From contig NC_068987.1 in NCBI RefSeq assembly GCF_001194135.2, forward strand, positions 10,752,079 to 10,790,192: DNA of 38,114 nucleotides. Direction: 5' to 3'. This DNA is from Octopus bimaculoides (Eukaryota). Each line of letters begins with the position of its first letter. The first letter of the stretch is position 1. This document shows positions 35,603 through 38,114 of the stretch, piece by piece. Made by a program: the position numbers and the translations under genes. The notes beneath the pieces are model-generated. The model made no database searches and was not told the origin of the DNA. It saw only the letters and a program-made list of their open reading frames with translations.

Positions 35603-36244
35603 NNNNNNNNNNNNNNNNNNNNNNNNNNNNNNNNNNNNNNNNNNNNNNNNNNNNNNNNNNNNNNNNNNNNNNNNNNNNNNNNNNNNNNNNNNNNNNNNNN
35701 NNNNNNNNNNNNNNNNNNNNNNNNNNNNNNNNNNNNNNNNNNNNNNNNNNNNNNNNNNNNNNNNNNNNNNNNNNNNNNNNNNNNNNNNNNNNNNNNNNNN
35801 NNNNNNNNNNNNNNNNNNNNNNNNNNNNNNNNNNNNNNNNNNNNNNNNNNNNNNNNNNNNNNNNNNNNNNNNNNNNNNNNNNNNNNNTATATATATATAT
35901 ATATGTATATATATGTATATATATATATATACATATAAAATATATATACATGTATATTAATAATTTAGAGAATTATCAATATGGTTAGCCATAACTTGGA
36001 ACATAACTGTGAGCCATCACGGTATACACCCAGATGATATATCCCTCCAAACACACACTACACAAGACCTGTACTCCGAGCAGTGTTGAGACCAATCCTT
36101 CTGCTGATGTAAGGCACTTGTAGCAGTGCCACATAAAAGTGCCCATGTGGTACCATGTTAGAGCTTGTAGCAGGTCTACACTTTAATTTAAACTTGGGTC
36201 TTGTTAGTAAATAACCAGAATTTTAAAAGATCAATTAATGAGGG

Positions 36245-36610
36245 TAACAAAAATTTTGCTAATGAAATTATATATGAACATCTCTCGCAGATCTGTCCAA
36301 TCAGATTTGTTCAGGAACATATTAAAAAAGACCAGATTTACAGAGACAGACAGACAGACAATCTGATAGCTCAGACGTTTAGTGACATGAGCAGTGAAGT
36401 GTAACTGCAGGCAAATTCTTGTATTCTGCTGTTATGCTTCACTGCTCATGTCACTAAGCTCCTGAGCTTTCACACTCTGTGTGTCTCTGTAAATCTGGCC
36501 TCTTTCAACACGCTCCAGAACAAATCTGATTGGACAGATTTGAGGTGACATCATCACTGGAAAATCCAAGAGATGTTTACTTTTAATTTTATTGGCCAGA
36601 ATTTTTGTTA
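36245..36610. repeat. Long imperfect inverted repeat (fold-back)
   Basis: Arms 36245-36410 and 36426-36610 with a 15-nt spacer. Shared blocks: ctgtccaatcagatttgttc, ccagatttacagagaca, ttagtgacatgagcagtgaag, taacaaaaatt. Confidence 0.92.
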
Positions 36611-37216
36611 TGACTGTCAAAAGTTAATACTGAACTGTAAAAAGAACTGCCAACATTAACTTTAGCACACTCACCACTTTCATTGAAATATTCTTAACTT
36701 CTCTCTTTAACACACATGCAACTAATATAAACAGAACTTTCCCATGTTACATTGTCGTTGTTTTTTGGACCAGAGTATTCAGTGCAAGTTTTAAACTATT
36801 AACAAATGATGAATCAGAAACAGACAATGACTCCTTTCATCCATCCAAATTTCCATTCACTACATTCATCTTGTCATTAAAAGCTATACAAAAAAAAAAA
36901 AATGCATGTATAATACATAACTTAGAAGCAGTTTGCGGATAAGCCAATACACACAAGCTTGAGACGTGGCCACCCTCACACACTTCTCATAAGGAATTCT
37001 AGAAGGAGCTTCGTGAGACCACTGCAGAGATGCTTCCTCACCCAAAAAAACTTTCGGTAACCATTGGAAAACTGATTATAGCAGTGACATGATCAATTCC
37101 TAGCGATATCTGAAGAAGGAATTTTTATATTCCAAAATATTATATCAGACTATGAATAATTAAATTATAACAGTTATTATAGTCCACTCTGCCATGATGT
37201 GCCATTCAAGACATGT

Positions 37217-37469
37217 TACGAGGTTGAGTCAAAAAGTAATGCCATTTTGTTTAGGACAGGTATAATTACCAACACAGGAACATGTATGATACATCAAAAT
37301 GAAGTTGGTCTTCTGTGGATCACATCCCTACTTCTCAACACAGTTACCATTTCTCTCAATAGCAATGTTCCACCTTCGAATGAGAGCATGTATCCCTGCC
37401 CCGTAAAATTATGTTGACTGTTCTTTGAGCCACTTCTTCACTACAGTTTTCACTTCCTTGTCACTGGAA
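37217..37469 (-). mobile_element. Mariner 3' end (transposase C-terminus plus TIR)
   Basis: Minus strand 37468-37328: SSDKEVKTVVKKWLKEQST*FYGAGIHALIRRWNIAIERNGNCVEK*. Terminus TA-cgaggttgagtcaaaaagtaatgcc. Confidence 0.85.
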
Positions 37470-37499
37470 TAAAAGAGGGTTTGAGAGGCAAACATTATT

Positions 37500-37770
37500 C
37501 GATGTAATCGACTTAATCTCTTTGTTTGTTCCCCCTATGTTTAGCCCCTTGTGGGCAATAAAGAAATAAGAAACGTTAGCATGCCAGGCGAAATGCTTAT
37601 TGGTATTTCATCTGTCTTTACGTTCTGAGTTCAAATTCCACCAAGGTCGACTTTGCATTTCATCCTTTCAGGGTCGATAAGTTAAGTACCAGTTGCATTC
37701 TGGGGTCAACCTAATTAACTGGCCCCCTCCCCAAATATTTCAAGCCTCGTGCCTAGATTAGAAAAGAACG
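37500..37770 (+). mobile_element. Tandem family B SINE pieces
   Basis: Tail …tttagccccttgtgggcaataaagaaata followed directly by a second body gaaacgttagcatgccaggcgaaatg…gttctgagttcaaattccacc…gtaccagttg. Confidence 0.88.
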
Positions 37771-38114
37771 TTCATGTTTGTGACATAACAGCAATTGTTT
37801 GATATTAAAAGTGACAAAACGATATTTTTAAACAACTTGCATTAATTATTTGAATGGTTAACCATCAGAAATGGTAAAGTCGACCTCTAAATATCTTATC
37901 AGAGTTATTAGAGTGATTGATAGCTAGAAATAGTAACGTACGGTTCGAAACGCTTTCCAATAATTACTTACATTCCTTTCAAATCCCACAAGAGTTAGTT
38001 TGGTCTTTCATCCTTCTGGGGTCAACAAAATCAGTCCCAGTTGTGTGCAGTGGTTGGTCAAAATCTAATCTTATCTAATCCTTAAAATATGTAACCCTTT
38101 GATAATGCTTGAAA

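Noticed and set aside
3403-35960. Long ORFs in the track containing X runs or YI/VC/HT repeats
   Set aside because: They run through N gaps or dinucleotide microsatellites.
4930-37110. Single large minus-strand gene with TAA/TAG read as Gln or rescued by editing
   Set aside because: Many candidate frames had only TAA/TAG stops, but I selected those frames by eye and TAA is the commonest stop in AT-rich DNA. TGA stops and frameshifts also occur, and the best two segments match LINE ORF2 motifs.

Overview
Eukaryotic, AT-rich, repeat-saturated non-coding DNA. The SINE families and microsatellite load point to an octopod cephalopod (Octopus-like); this is inferred from repeat recognition, not a database search. 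I find no intact host gene, no rRNA or tRNA gene and no CRISPR array. Nearly all ORFs in the supplied track are microsatellite or N-gap artefacts. Nine N-gaps are present (1289-1298, 3496-3715, 5146-5927, 9993-10381, 12138-12147, 13007-13579, 15066-15180, 30016-30242, 35603-35887). The window contains about 30 copies of three high-copy retroposon families. Family A is a tRNA-headed SINE with a central microsatellite, family B is a tRNA-headed SINE, and family C is an RTE-type 3' tail ending in (GAT)n. It also holds decayed coding fragments of RTE and CR1-group LINEs, a hAT transposase relic, two mariner 3' ends, hAT and piggyBac MITEs, a Helentron-like element and Penelope-like fragments. I did not find a convincing undescribed biological system. 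The best leads are degenerate hammerhead-ribozyme-like folds in Penelope-like fragments, a ~365-bp fold-back, tandem arrays growing out of an RTE 3' region, a bipartite RTE derivative, a 41-bp double-hairpin duplication around a SINE, and several nested insertions. Coordinates of degenerate repeat copies are approximate.
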